Source of the DNA: an uncultured virus (IMG/VR IMGVR_UViG_2519899647_000001)
Lineage: Duplodnaviria; Heunggongvirae; Uroviricota; Caudoviricetes
Reading direction: 5' to 3' (one strand)
Virus record (IMG/VR): IMGVR_UViG_2519899647_000001
DNA length: 64,000 nucleotides
Shown here: piece after piece, positions 19,011 through 27,243 of the stretch
How the letters are laid out: every line of letters starts with the position of its first letter
How positions within the stretch are numbered: position 1 is the first letter of the stretch
The notes under the pieces: generated by a model
Seen by the model: only the letters and a program-made list of their open reading frames with translations
Told to the model about the DNA's origin: nothing
Databases searched by the model: none
Position numbers and translations under genes: made by a program

Positions 19011-20512
19011 ATTACTATATTCTGATTCTTGAAGAAAAAGTGAAATCCTTTTCGCTGGTTGGACATGGTGAAAAGTGTGCTGTTTCGCTTATGCTCAAAG
19101 GATACGCTAATCCTTTAGAAACCCTTGCGGAGGGAGATAAAGTCGTTGGGTATGTTGCCGGGGCAACAAAGACATTTTGCTACCTTTTCGATGTGGGATT
19201 TGATCAGAGTAATCAGCAGTTGTACTTTGAAAAGATCTTTGAAACAAAAATGGGAGCAAAACTTACGGCTGTTCCTACTGATCTTCAAGAAATCATCAAT
19301 GCAAGGGAACAAACAGAATCATTCATAAACATAACTGGAGAACAATATAGGCAGATTATGTCCTTGATGATGAATATGGTTTCTTCCTGGGGAAATGCAG
19401 CCATTGAAAAAAGTGAGGAACGTGAGATTGATGAAGAGAAACGCATAGATGGCGGCACTAATATACTACTATATGGTGTGCCTGGTTCTGGTAAGAGCTG
19501 GACAATAGAACACGAATATTGCCACAAAGATAGTGTTGTAGAACGCTTGGTATTCCATCCGGACTATACCAACGCGGACTTTATCGGACAGATTCTTCCG
19601 GTAGTTGATGCTGAAAAACAGGTTACATATGAGTTCACGGCTGGACCTTTCACGACTATCTTAAGAGATGCGTATAGGCATCCTATGCAGGAGTATATCC
19701 TCATTATCGAAGAAGTGAATCGCGGAAACGCTCCGGCAATTTTTGGTGAAGTGTTCCAGTTGCTGGATAGAACGGTTGAACCGAAAACAGTGGATGGAAT
19801 CACCTATCCAACAGGTACAAGTGAATATGGCATCACACACAAATATATGGCAGAGAAGATATACGGCGATCCTACTCACAAGGTGCGTATTCCTTCAAAT
19901 TTGTCTATCGTAGGTACGATGAATACTTCCGATCAGAATGTGTTCACACTCGATACGGCGTTCCAGCGCAGATGGAGAATGCGCCTGATTGAGAACAATT
20001 TTGACAATGTTCGTGCATCCCTTGCCAACGCACAGATTCTTGATACAGAGGTCACTTGGAAGACATTCTGCGAAAAGATCAATGCCATCATCGTAGGCAA
20101 TAAGGCGAAAATGGCATCTGCCGAGGACAAGAGGCTGGGCGTTTATTTCGTGCATGAAAGTGATGTGACCTTTGATCAGCGTGCAGTGCCTTCGGAAGGA
20201 TATCCTTCACTTCTTACAGAATACAATGACCTTCTGCGTACTGAAGCAACCGGTGATATGCCAGAAGATAAAAAGCAAAGGCTGGCTATCATCAGAGAAG
20301 CTCTTATGCACAACCGTATGTTCCCTGAGAAGGTTATCAAGTATTTGTGGGATGATGCATTTAAGTTTAATCCAGAGGCACTTTTTGATACTGACAATAT
20401 GGAGAGTCTGGAGCAAGTCATCCGTACCTTTGTGTATTCACAGGGACGTGAGAGATTTAAGATTTTCAAGCCGACTGTTCGAGCATCTCTCTATCCTGAT
20501 ACGCAGGCATGA
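19007..20512 (+). CDS. McrB-family AAA+ GTPase (LlaJI.R1-like)
   Basis: GVPGSGKS, FHPDYTNADFIG, IIEEVNRG, TMNTSDQNV, DTAFQRRW. Confidence 0.9.
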   Translation: MNYYILILEEKVKSFSLVGHGEKCAVSLMLKGYANPLETLAEGDKVVGYVAGATKTFCYLFDVGFDQSNQQLYFEKIFETKMGAKLTAVPTDLQEIINAREQTESFINITGEQYRQIMSLMMNMVSSWGNAAIEKSEEREIDEEKRIDGGTNILLYGVPGSGKSWTIEHEYCHKDSVVERLVFHPDYTNADFIGQILPVVDAEKQVTYEFTAGPFTTILRDAYRHPMQEYILIIEEVNRGNAPAIFGEVFQLLDRTVEPKTVDGITYPTGTSEYGITHKYMAEKIYGDPTHKVRIPSNLSIVGTMNTSDQNVFTLDTAFQRRWRMRLIENNFDNVRASLANAQILDTEVTWKTFCEKINAIIVGNKAKMASAEDKRLGVYFVHESDVTFDQRAVPSEGYPSLLTEYNDLLRTEATGDMPEDKKQRLAIIREALMHNRMFPEKVIKYLWDDAFKFNPEALFDTDNMESLEQVIRTFVYSQGRERFKIFKPTVRASLYPDTQA

Positions 20513-20542
20513 TAACGTGCCGAATGGAAAGCGAGGTGGTCA

Positions 20543-21835
20543 GTGGCTATGGATTTACAAAAGAATATTAGAGAACGCTGCCACGTCAACAAGAATGACG
20601 AAGGAGACAGCTTTGTCGGAGTAAAAGCGGATACGGATGATGCCGTTATCTATTTCCCGATAGGCTATCAGCTTCCACCGAATGACGATGATCTCCGTGC
20701 GGACATAAATAATCTGTTCTATGTGCTTGCTGCATTCATGAAAGAGGACAAGCTGATAGAGGAGTCAAAGTTTGCTGCGCCGAGAACAGTCGACTTTCCT
20801 ATGCACGCCTACCTTAAGGTGATTCGGGATTTTCTGAGGACAGGTCGTTACTACATTGAAACGGACCCTCGGTTCAAGACGGATACCAAGGGGAATGCAT
20901 CGTGGCCGCGCACTGTTCGAGAGCAGCGGGCATTGGTACAGAAGAACGGCTCCCTTATCTTTACGAACATGACCGTGCGTTCCGTAACGCCGAATGCCGA
21001 TAAGAAAATCACACAGATTCATCGGTACTGCGTGTACGAGGCATTCGATAAAATGGGCTGGCTCTATGTACCCTATATGCCGGAAAAGCCTGGTCCGCAT
21101 CCTGACAACAGAGAAGCCATTTACATCTTGGAAAAGAAGCTGGCATCTACTCACAACGATGTGGAGCAAGAACTGTTTTCGGCAATGGTATCTATGCTCA
21201 AATACATGGACGAGAAGTCTTCCGAAAAGCAATACTTCTTCGGTACGGATTTCTTTGAGCGTATTTGGGAGAAGATGATAGACAAGGCGTTCGGGATTGA
21301 GGACAAGGATCGATATTTCCCGCGCACCAGGTGGTTGCTTGATTACGGTCCCAACAGGTCTAAGACTCCGCTCCAGCCGGATACCATAATGATTTATAAC
21401 GGTAAGGTGTATGTGCTTGATGCAAAACTATACCGATACGGATATAGCGGCAATCCCGATCATCTGCCAAATGGGCCCGACATCAACAAGCAGATTACAT
21501 ACGGAGAGTACATTGAGCGCGCCAAGGGTGTGCCAAGTGAAAATCTTTATAACGCATTCATTATGCCGTTCAATCGGGAGGACAATACGTTCTTTGAGAT
21601 GGGGGCGGATGGTAATCCGATATCTCGTGTAACGGACAATATTGGAAACATTGGTGAAGCGGTCGGCGACTGGAAGCCCGATCCGAAGAACTACGAACGT
21701 GTCCAGGGCATCGTGATTGATACTCGATTTCTTATGTACAACTACATCGGTATGCCGGATCAGCAGAAACGGCAGCTTGCGGAAGCAATAGAAAAAGTGG
21801 AAACCAGGGCTCCTGTCCCGAGACCTGCAACATAA
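20543..21835 (+). CDS. LlaJI-family (McrC-like) restriction endonuclease
   Basis: FVGVK...YFPIGY, FERIWEKMID, LQPDTIM...VLDAKLY, INKQITYGEYI. Confidence 0.85.
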   Translation: MAMDLQKNIRERCHVNKNDEGDSFVGVKADTDDAVIYFPIGYQLPPNDDDLRADINNLFYVLAAFMKEDKLIEESKFAAPRTVDFPMHAYLKVIRDFLRTGRYYIETDPRFKTDTKGNASWPRTVREQRALVQKNGSLIFTNMTVRSVTPNADKKITQIHRYCVYEAFDKMGWLYVPYMPEKPGPHPDNREAIYILEKKLASTHNDVEQELFSAMVSMLKYMDEKSSEKQYFFGTDFFERIWEKMIDKAFGIEDKDRYFPRTRWLLDYGPNRSKTPLQPDTIMIYNGKVYVLDAKLYRYGYSGNPDHLPNGPDINKQITYGEYIERAKGVPSENLYNAFIMPFNREDNTFFEMGADGNPISRVTDNIGNIGEAVGDWKPDPKNYERVQGIVIDTRFLMYNYIGMPDQQKRQLAEAIEKVETRAPVPRPAT

Positions 21836-21841
21836 GAGATG

Positions 21842-21886
21842 AAGGCTCTACCTTTCAACTAATGAGAGGTAGAGCCTTATTTTTTT
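21842..21886. terminator. bidirectional terminator
   Basis: AAGGCTCTACCT...AGGTAGAGCCTT then ATTTTTTT, between convergent genes. Confidence 0.75.
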
Positions 21887-21892
21887 GCCCGT

Positions 21893-23065
21893 TTATAACT
21901 GGCGATTTCGGTATCGTTGCGCACCGGCTGCATTTCTGCACTGTTCGCAACAGTAGTGTTTATTCGTTCTGGTCGCTTCTACCAGGAAAAACCTATCTCT
22001 CTTACAATTCGGATTTTCGCATTCTTTATACATTTCTCCATTTCTCATATAGAAAATTGAAAAATAAAGAGCTTCGATAAGCGTATCGACCTGCCATGTA
22101 GCGGTCAGCTTCCCACCGTTATACTTCGGATGAATGCCGCGAATGTTGTGGTTGATCTCCTCTGCCACGACAATTCTTGCAATCTTCAGCAGAGCATTCT
22201 TGAAAGAATCGTCAAGCGCGTCCTCGCTGAATGTCGTATATGACTTGAAACCACCGAAATGGACTTCTTTTATAACAGATACTTCCGTTTGGAGATGATA
22301 AAAGAAATCTATAAGGAAGCGGGTCTCTTCGTCCACGTCCTTACATCCTATGTACATTGCCATTAAGTTCTTAAACCATGGGTCTTTGCTGCCTTGCAGA
22401 TTCGTATCTGAGCTACTTCTCACAGCGTTATAAAAACTGATGTCGACAGCATTTTTCTTTCCGAGAAATGCATCGTCTACAGAGTACGTTCCGTTTGCTG
22501 CCACCTCCGGCTCCCTACTCAAATCCGGGAAAAGGTTATAGGAGTCAAGCAGACTTTTGAAACGATGGGTACAAGTTGAAAAAACATCATCACCTATGCG
22601 TAGTTCAGTCACGGGAGCGTAAAGCAGATAAACCACATGAATGAGGACTCCACGGTAGTCTTTTTTGTTGATGTAACTGTATAGCCTTATGGTGGATTTA
22701 ATTCTGTTGATTATCTCCATGAGGTCGCTTGCTTCAATGGCCGTGTACTCATTTTCCGGCAATGGATATAAGAAACCATATTTTTCAATAAACTCGATAT
22801 GCTTGTCTATGTCTCCCTTTGGAAGGGCGAGCAGCTTACCCAGAATGTTTTTCTCATGAATGCCGCCGGCAACACCTGTCATATTCAAACCGTCTTTCGG
22901 CGCATAGGAGAACAATAGCTGTGTACTTGTATCGGGGCAAACCTTGAGGGTAACAGTCGGAGCCTCATCGGGAGAAGTATTTACCGTATCTTTTGCACAT
23001 AGACAGCCGTATCCCTCGTGCTGAAACATTGTTTTTATTGAAATTCCAGATATTTTTTCGTCCAT
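21893..23065 (-). CDS. CGNR-type zinc-finger protein
   Basis: C-terminal ECENPNC..RFF...RTNKHYCCEQCRNAAGAQRYR. Confidence 0.65.
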   Translation of the reverse strand: MDEKISGISIKTMFQHEGYGCLCAKDTVNTSPDEAPTVTLKVCPDTSTQLLFSYAPKDGLNMTGVAGGIHEKNILGKLLALPKGDIDKHIEFIEKYGFLYPLPENEYTAIEASDLMEIINRIKSTIRLYSYINKKDYRGVLIHVVYLLYAPVTELRIGDDVFSTCTHRFKSLLDSYNLFPDLSREPEVAANGTYSVDDAFLGKKNAVDISFYNAVRSSSDTNLQGSKDPWFKNLMAMYIGCKDVDEETRFLIDFFYHLQTEVSVIKEVHFGGFKSYTTFSEDALDDSFKNALLKIARIVVAEEINHNIRGIHPKYNGGKLTATWQVDTLIEALYFSIFYMRNGEMYKECENPNCKRDRFFLVEATRTNKHYCCEQCRNAAGAQRYRNRQL

Positions 23066-23120
23066 AACGACATTTTCCTTTCCGTGGGGCTATCTAAAAC
23101 AGACTCAGTATTTACAGAAA

Positions 23121-23277
23121 CCATTATTTTTGACAGCGTTAGGGTTCCCGTTTGGGAGCCCTTTTCTCTTATTATACACAAAAATAATGGGAAAAACAAG
23201 ATGTACTCATTACATTAGATGTAAAAAATAATGGGCTTTCTTGTGAAATTTTCTTACTCTTTCTTGCAGAGTACAAT
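23121..23277. promoter_or_regulatory. divergent promoter region with three AAAAATAATGG boxes
   Basis: boxes at 23121-23131 (inverted), 23180-23190, 23224-23234; minus TTGTTT-17 bp-TATAAT with TG extension (23199-23171); plus -10 TACAAT at 23272. Confidence 0.65.
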
Positions 23278-23282
23278 AAAGA

Positions 23283-23495
23283 TGCTGCCGATGGTGGCGG
23301 CAAAATCAATCTCTTAGTCCGAATAGCGCTATAAGGACGGAGGGATGCATAAGAGTTCGGAACACAGCGATGACGGCTGTGTTTGGAACGAAGATGCTCC
23401 CACCGTAGTTTCGTGCGCCTTTTTTCGGCTATCGGAGCCTGTGGTCATCTTCAACCACAGGCTCTTTTGTGTCCCTCCGTACCGCTCGGACGGAA
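23283..23495 (+). ncRNA. candidate structured leader / attenuator RNA
   Basis: several hairpins, a 19-nt long-range stem 23337-23355/23462-23480 and a terminator-like hairpin 23435-23468. Confidence 0.45.
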
Positions 23496-23506
23496 AGGAC
23501 ACTGCA

Positions 23507-24121
23507 ATGAAGAGCAACGAAACAAAGAAACGCAAGAGTGGGTTCAATCCCAACCGTACCTGTTATCTGACGGCAGACGGCAAGTATTACTGCTACGAAC
23601 GCTGGGACGATGACGCAAAGTGTGTGGTTACGCAGAGACTTGAGGTCGGCAAAGACCTGTCGCTCGAACTGACCATCATGCTTGATGAGTCCGACCACGA
23701 CATGGATTTGCAGGATCGCTACGAGGGCGAACTGCGCGATCCCCTGTTTGATGCCAAGGTCAACAGTTACAAGGCCGATCCCGACAACGAGGATGCGGTC
23801 GATCCCTGGGACACGCTTGCCGACAAGAGCGGCAGTCCGGAAGACACTTTGTTTGCCGAGCCGGAGCCAGAGAATCCCCAGGCGGAGCAGGCGCGCCGCG
23901 TCATTGATGAGGAATGCACGGAGTCGCAGCAGGACTTCTTCTTCGAGCATTTCGGCAAGGGTACTCCGCTTGAGGAGATGCGCCAGGCTGAAGCCGAGCA
24001 GACGGGAAAGCTGCCGTCCTCCGCGGCGATGACGAACCGCAAGAACAAGATCATCGATAAGGTCGCTAAGTCCTTCGGGGTCGAGCGCGTGAAACGCCAC
24101 AAGTACCCGAAGAAGGACTGA
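23507..24121 (+). CDS. sigma70 region-4-like transcription factor
   Basis: CTESQQDFFFEHFGKGTPLEEMRQ...SSAAMTNRKNKII resembles a region-4 HTH; first gene of the early operon. Confidence 0.5.
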   Translation: MKSNETKKRKSGFNPNRTCYLTADGKYYCYERWDDDAKCVVTQRLEVGKDLSLELTIMLDESDHDMDLQDRYEGELRDPLFDAKVNSYKADPDNEDAVDPWDTLADKSGSPEDTLFAEPEPENPQAEQARRVIDEECTESQQDFFFEHFGKGTPLEEMRQAEAEQTGKLPSSAAMTNRKNKIIDKVAKSFGVERVKRHKYPKKD

Positions 24122-24178
24122 GCCATGAGCGGCGGCAGATATGGCGGTCGGAGTCCTCCCCGGCCGCACCTCTTCGGA

Positions 24179-24204
24179 GGGTTGAATTTCCCGGTAGTGA
24201 GTGA
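24179..24204 (+). promoter_or_regulatory. 26-bp phage motif, copy 1
   Basis: GGGTTGAATTTCCCGGTAGTGAGTGA. Confidence 0.7.
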
Positions 24205-24262
24205 GGAAGGAAATACATCCATCCTCCGCAGCAATGCAGATCAGGAACAGGAGGACGAACCT

Positions 24263-24466
24263 ATGAGATTAAAACACAAAGTACGAATCAATATCGCTGA
24301 CAAAAGCGGCAAAAAGCAGGAAGTCCTGCAGAGCGAACACAGGAGCATTCCGAAAAGGCTGCTCACCTTTCTCTTCGGAGAATTTTGCGAGGTTCTCGTG
24401 CTGACGCCAGGTGAAACCGTGCAAGGCATCGAGATCAAGGAAATGCGAGGTGACGGCAATGAATGA
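24263..24466 (+). CDS. small phage hypothetical protein
   Basis: MRLKHKVRINIADK...; RBS AGGAGG. Confidence 0.65.
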   Translation: MRLKHKVRINIADKSGKKQEVLQSEHRSIPKRLLTFLFGEFCEVLVLTPGETVQGIEIKEMRGDGNE

Positions 24467-25898
24467 GAACATCGAACTGATGATGCCGATCAAGGCGGCT
24501 CCGTATGACCATCAGAAAAAGGCGTTTGCATTCGCCTGCGATAAGTTCGGTGTATTTGACGAGCGTCTTAAAAGCCGAGGCACGGCGCTTTTGATGGAGA
24601 TGGGTACCGGCAAGACGATAGTGAGCATCGCCGTGGCGGGATGTATGTACCAGTACGGGAAGGTCAACCGTGTGCTGGTGGTAGCGCCGCTTTCCATCCT
24701 CGGCGTATGGGAGGAGGAATTTGATAAGTTCGCTGATTTCCCGTATTCGCTGACGATTCTCAAGGGAACTGTCGCAAAGAAGAAGGAGCAGCTGACAAAG
24801 CTGCCGGACGAGGGCTTGCAGGTCGTGGTCGTAAATTACGAATCGGCATGGCGTCTCGAAAAGGAACTGCTGGCATATAACGCCGACCTGATCATAGCGG
24901 ACGAGGCACACAAACTAAAAGAGAACCGCAGCAAGCAGAGCAAGGGACTCCATACCCTTGGAGACAAGGCAAGGTTCAAGCTGCTCCTCACGGGTACGGT
25001 CATCACGAACCGCGAACTGGACGTGTTCTCGCAGTACCGTTTCCTTAATCCGCAGATATTCGGCACATCGTTTTACGCATTCCGCAACCAGTATTTTGAC
25101 ATGGGCGGCTACGGCAACCACACGCCGATCTTCCGCAAATGGATGACGGACGATTTTTTGAAACGGCTCCATTCCGTTGCGTACCGCGTGACGAAAGCGG
25201 AGTGCCTCGACCTTCCGGCGATCACCGAGGAAGTCCGCACCGTGGACTTGGAGAAGGACGCCATAAAACTGTACGACAGCATCGAGGATGAAAGCTATGC
25301 CGAACTGGACGAGTCGGAGGTGACCACGGCGAACATTCTCACAAGGCTTCTGCGCCTGTCGCAGATCACGGGCGGACACCTTACCGATGACGATGGCGTG
25401 GTCAATACCGTGAGCCGAGCTAAGCTGGACGCTCTTTCCGATATTATCGATTCCGCTATGGCAGAGGATAAGAAGCTCGTCATCATGGCTCGTTTCGTGC
25501 CCGAACTGGACGATATCCAGGAGCTTCTTGAAAAGAAAAAAATCGGCTATGCCGTGGTTCGCGGCGGCGTGAAGGACCGAGACAATGAAATCCACCGTTT
25601 TCAGTATGACGATAGGTGCCGTGTATTTGTGGGACAGATTGCGGCTGCCGGACTCGGCATCACGCTCACGGCGGCATCCACAATGGTCTTTTATTCCCTC
25701 GATTACAGTATGAGCAATTTTGAACAGGCGAAGGCGCGCATCCACAGGGCGGGTCAGAAAGAGAACTGCCACTACATCTACCTCGTGTGCAGGGGTACGG
25801 TCGACCGCAAGGTCTTATACGCGCTCCGGCAGAAAATGAACCTCGCAAAAATGCTCGTGGACGATTACCGCAAGGGCAGGAATCCCTTTAAGAACTGA
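24459..25898 (+). CDS. SNF2-family helicase
   Basis: MEMGTGKT, ADEAH, LTGT, GLGITL, QAKARIHRAGQ. Confidence 0.9.
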   Translation: MNENIELMMPIKAAPYDHQKKAFAFACDKFGVFDERLKSRGTALLMEMGTGKTIVSIAVAGCMYQYGKVNRVLVVAPLSILGVWEEEFDKFADFPYSLTILKGTVAKKKEQLTKLPDEGLQVVVVNYESAWRLEKELLAYNADLIIADEAHKLKENRSKQSKGLHTLGDKARFKLLLTGTVITNRELDVFSQYRFLNPQIFGTSFYAFRNQYFDMGGYGNHTPIFRKWMTDDFLKRLHSVAYRVTKAECLDLPAITEEVRTVDLEKDAIKLYDSIEDESYAELDESEVTTANILTRLLRLSQITGGHLTDDDGVVNTVSRAKLDALSDIIDSAMAEDKKLVIMARFVPELDDIQELLEKKKIGYAVVRGGVKDRDNEIHRFQYDDRCRVFVGQIAAAGLGITLTAASTMVFYSLDYSMSNFEQAKARIHRAGQKENCHYIYLVCRGTVDRKVLYALRQKMNLAKMLVDDYRKGRNPFKN

Positions 25899-25911
25899 CC
25901 TTTCACACAGG

Positions 25912-25937
25912 GGGTTGAATTCCTCGGTAGTAAGTGA
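25912..25937 (+). promoter_or_regulatory. 26-bp phage motif, copy 2
   Basis: GGGTTGAATTCCTCGGTAGTAAGTGA. Confidence 0.7.
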
Positions 25938-25953
25938 AAGGAGGTAGTCACCG

Positions 25954-26364
25954 ATGGAGAACACACAAATCTTTGAAATGGCTGACAGGCTCAAGACTCT
26001 GCAGGAACAGAAGAAGGACCTCGAAGCACAGACCAAGGCTCTGGCTGCGGAGATCGCCGAGTTGGACGAGCAGCTCTCCGATGCAATGACAGAAGCCGAA
26101 CTTGACCGCTTCTCCCGTAACGGCAGCACGTTCTATCTGAAGAGCAGATTGTTCGCGTCCCCGGCATCCGGCCGCAAGGACGAGATGATGCAGGCTCTGA
26201 AAGAAAACGGATACGGCAGCCTGGTCGTGGAGACGGTCAACGCAAACACACTCGCATCCTTCATCAAGGAGCAGCGGGAAGCCACGGGCGAGGACGTCCC
26301 GGCATGGCTCGGCGATACCGTCAGTACTTACGAAAAAGTGTCGGTCGGCATCCGCAAGTCGTAG
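25954..26364 (+). CDS. phage coiled-coil hypothetical protein
   Basis: RBS AAAGGAGGT; N-terminal coiled coil. Confidence 0.7.
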   Translation: MENTQIFEMADRLKTLQEQKKDLEAQTKALAAEIAELDEQLSDAMTEAELDRFSRNGSTFYLKSRLFASPASGRKDEMMQALKENGYGSLVVETVNANTLASFIKEQREATGEDVPAWLGDTVSTYEKVSVGIRKS

Positions 26365-26430
26365 GAACACCGATTCACTGCACCAATGCAAAAACCACAA
26401 CTTATTTCATTTCATAGGAGGACATAGATC

Positions 26431-27180
26431 ATGTCAGATAAGAAGAACACTGAAATCGCAGTGAACGAGGGTTTCGCTGCACTTGCGAACAGAGACGTAC
26501 TGAACGAGGCTATGGCAGACGATTGCCAGGGGCTTGAGTTTTCCTTTGACCGTGTGAAGCTGCCTGCTGGCGGCGGCACGGCATTTGAGATTCCATCCGC
26601 TGAGAGCGATGAGTCCGAGATGGCGAAAGACATCACCGGCGTCATCGTTTACAACCATCCGGCTTACGCCTACTACCACGACAAGTACACAGGCGGGAAC
26701 AATCCTCCCGATTGCGGCTCTTTTGACGGCGTAACAGGCATCGGCACTCCCGGCGGGAACTGCCAGAACTGTCCGTATAACAAGTTCGGCAGCGGCGAGG
26801 GTCAGAGCAAGCTGTGCAAGAACAAGCGTATGCTCTACATTCTGCGTGAGGGAGAACTGTTCCCCATCACGCTTTCCCTGCCGACCGGGTCGCTCAAGTC
26901 CTTCACGAACTATGTGAAGAGCCAGCTTTCCCGCGGGCGCAAGCTGAACCAGGTGGTAACGAAGATCACGCTGAAGAAGGCCACCAACGCATCTGGTATC
27001 GCGTTCTCACAGGCGGTATTTGCTTTCGAGCGTATGCTGACCGCCGAGGAGCGTACGGCTGTCGCGGGCGTATCGGAAACGGTCAAGGCGTATGCCGCGA
27101 ACCTTACTCCGGCGTCCCTCATTGACGATGAGCCACTTGTCGATCCCGAAACGGGAGAAATCATCGAACCTTTGAAGTAA
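26431..27180 (+). CDS. phage replication protein, possible ssDNA-binding protein
   Basis: CQNCPYNKFGS...CKNKR; acidic tail VDPETGEI; precedes the polymerase. Confidence 0.55.
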   Translation: MSDKKNTEIAVNEGFAALANRDVLNEAMADDCQGLEFSFDRVKLPAGGGTAFEIPSAESDESEMAKDITGVIVYNHPAYAYYHDKYTGGNNPPDCGSFDGVTGIGTPGGNCQNCPYNKFGSGEGQSKLCKNKRMLYILREGELFPITLSLPTGSLKSFTNYVKSQLSRGRKLNQVVTKITLKKATNASGIAFSQAVFAFERMLTAEERTAVAGVSETVKAYAANLTPASLIDDEPLVDPETGEIIEPLK

Positions 27181-27243
27181 AACACACGAAAGCCCGGAGG
27201 GGTGTAACGCTCCTCCGGGTATTTCCCATAGGAGTGATTACGC

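Noticed and set aside
23345..23506. N-terminal extension of the sigma-like ORF from 23345
   Set aside because: A better RBS (GAAAGGA) precedes ATG 23507 and the upstream stretch is dominated by RNA structure.
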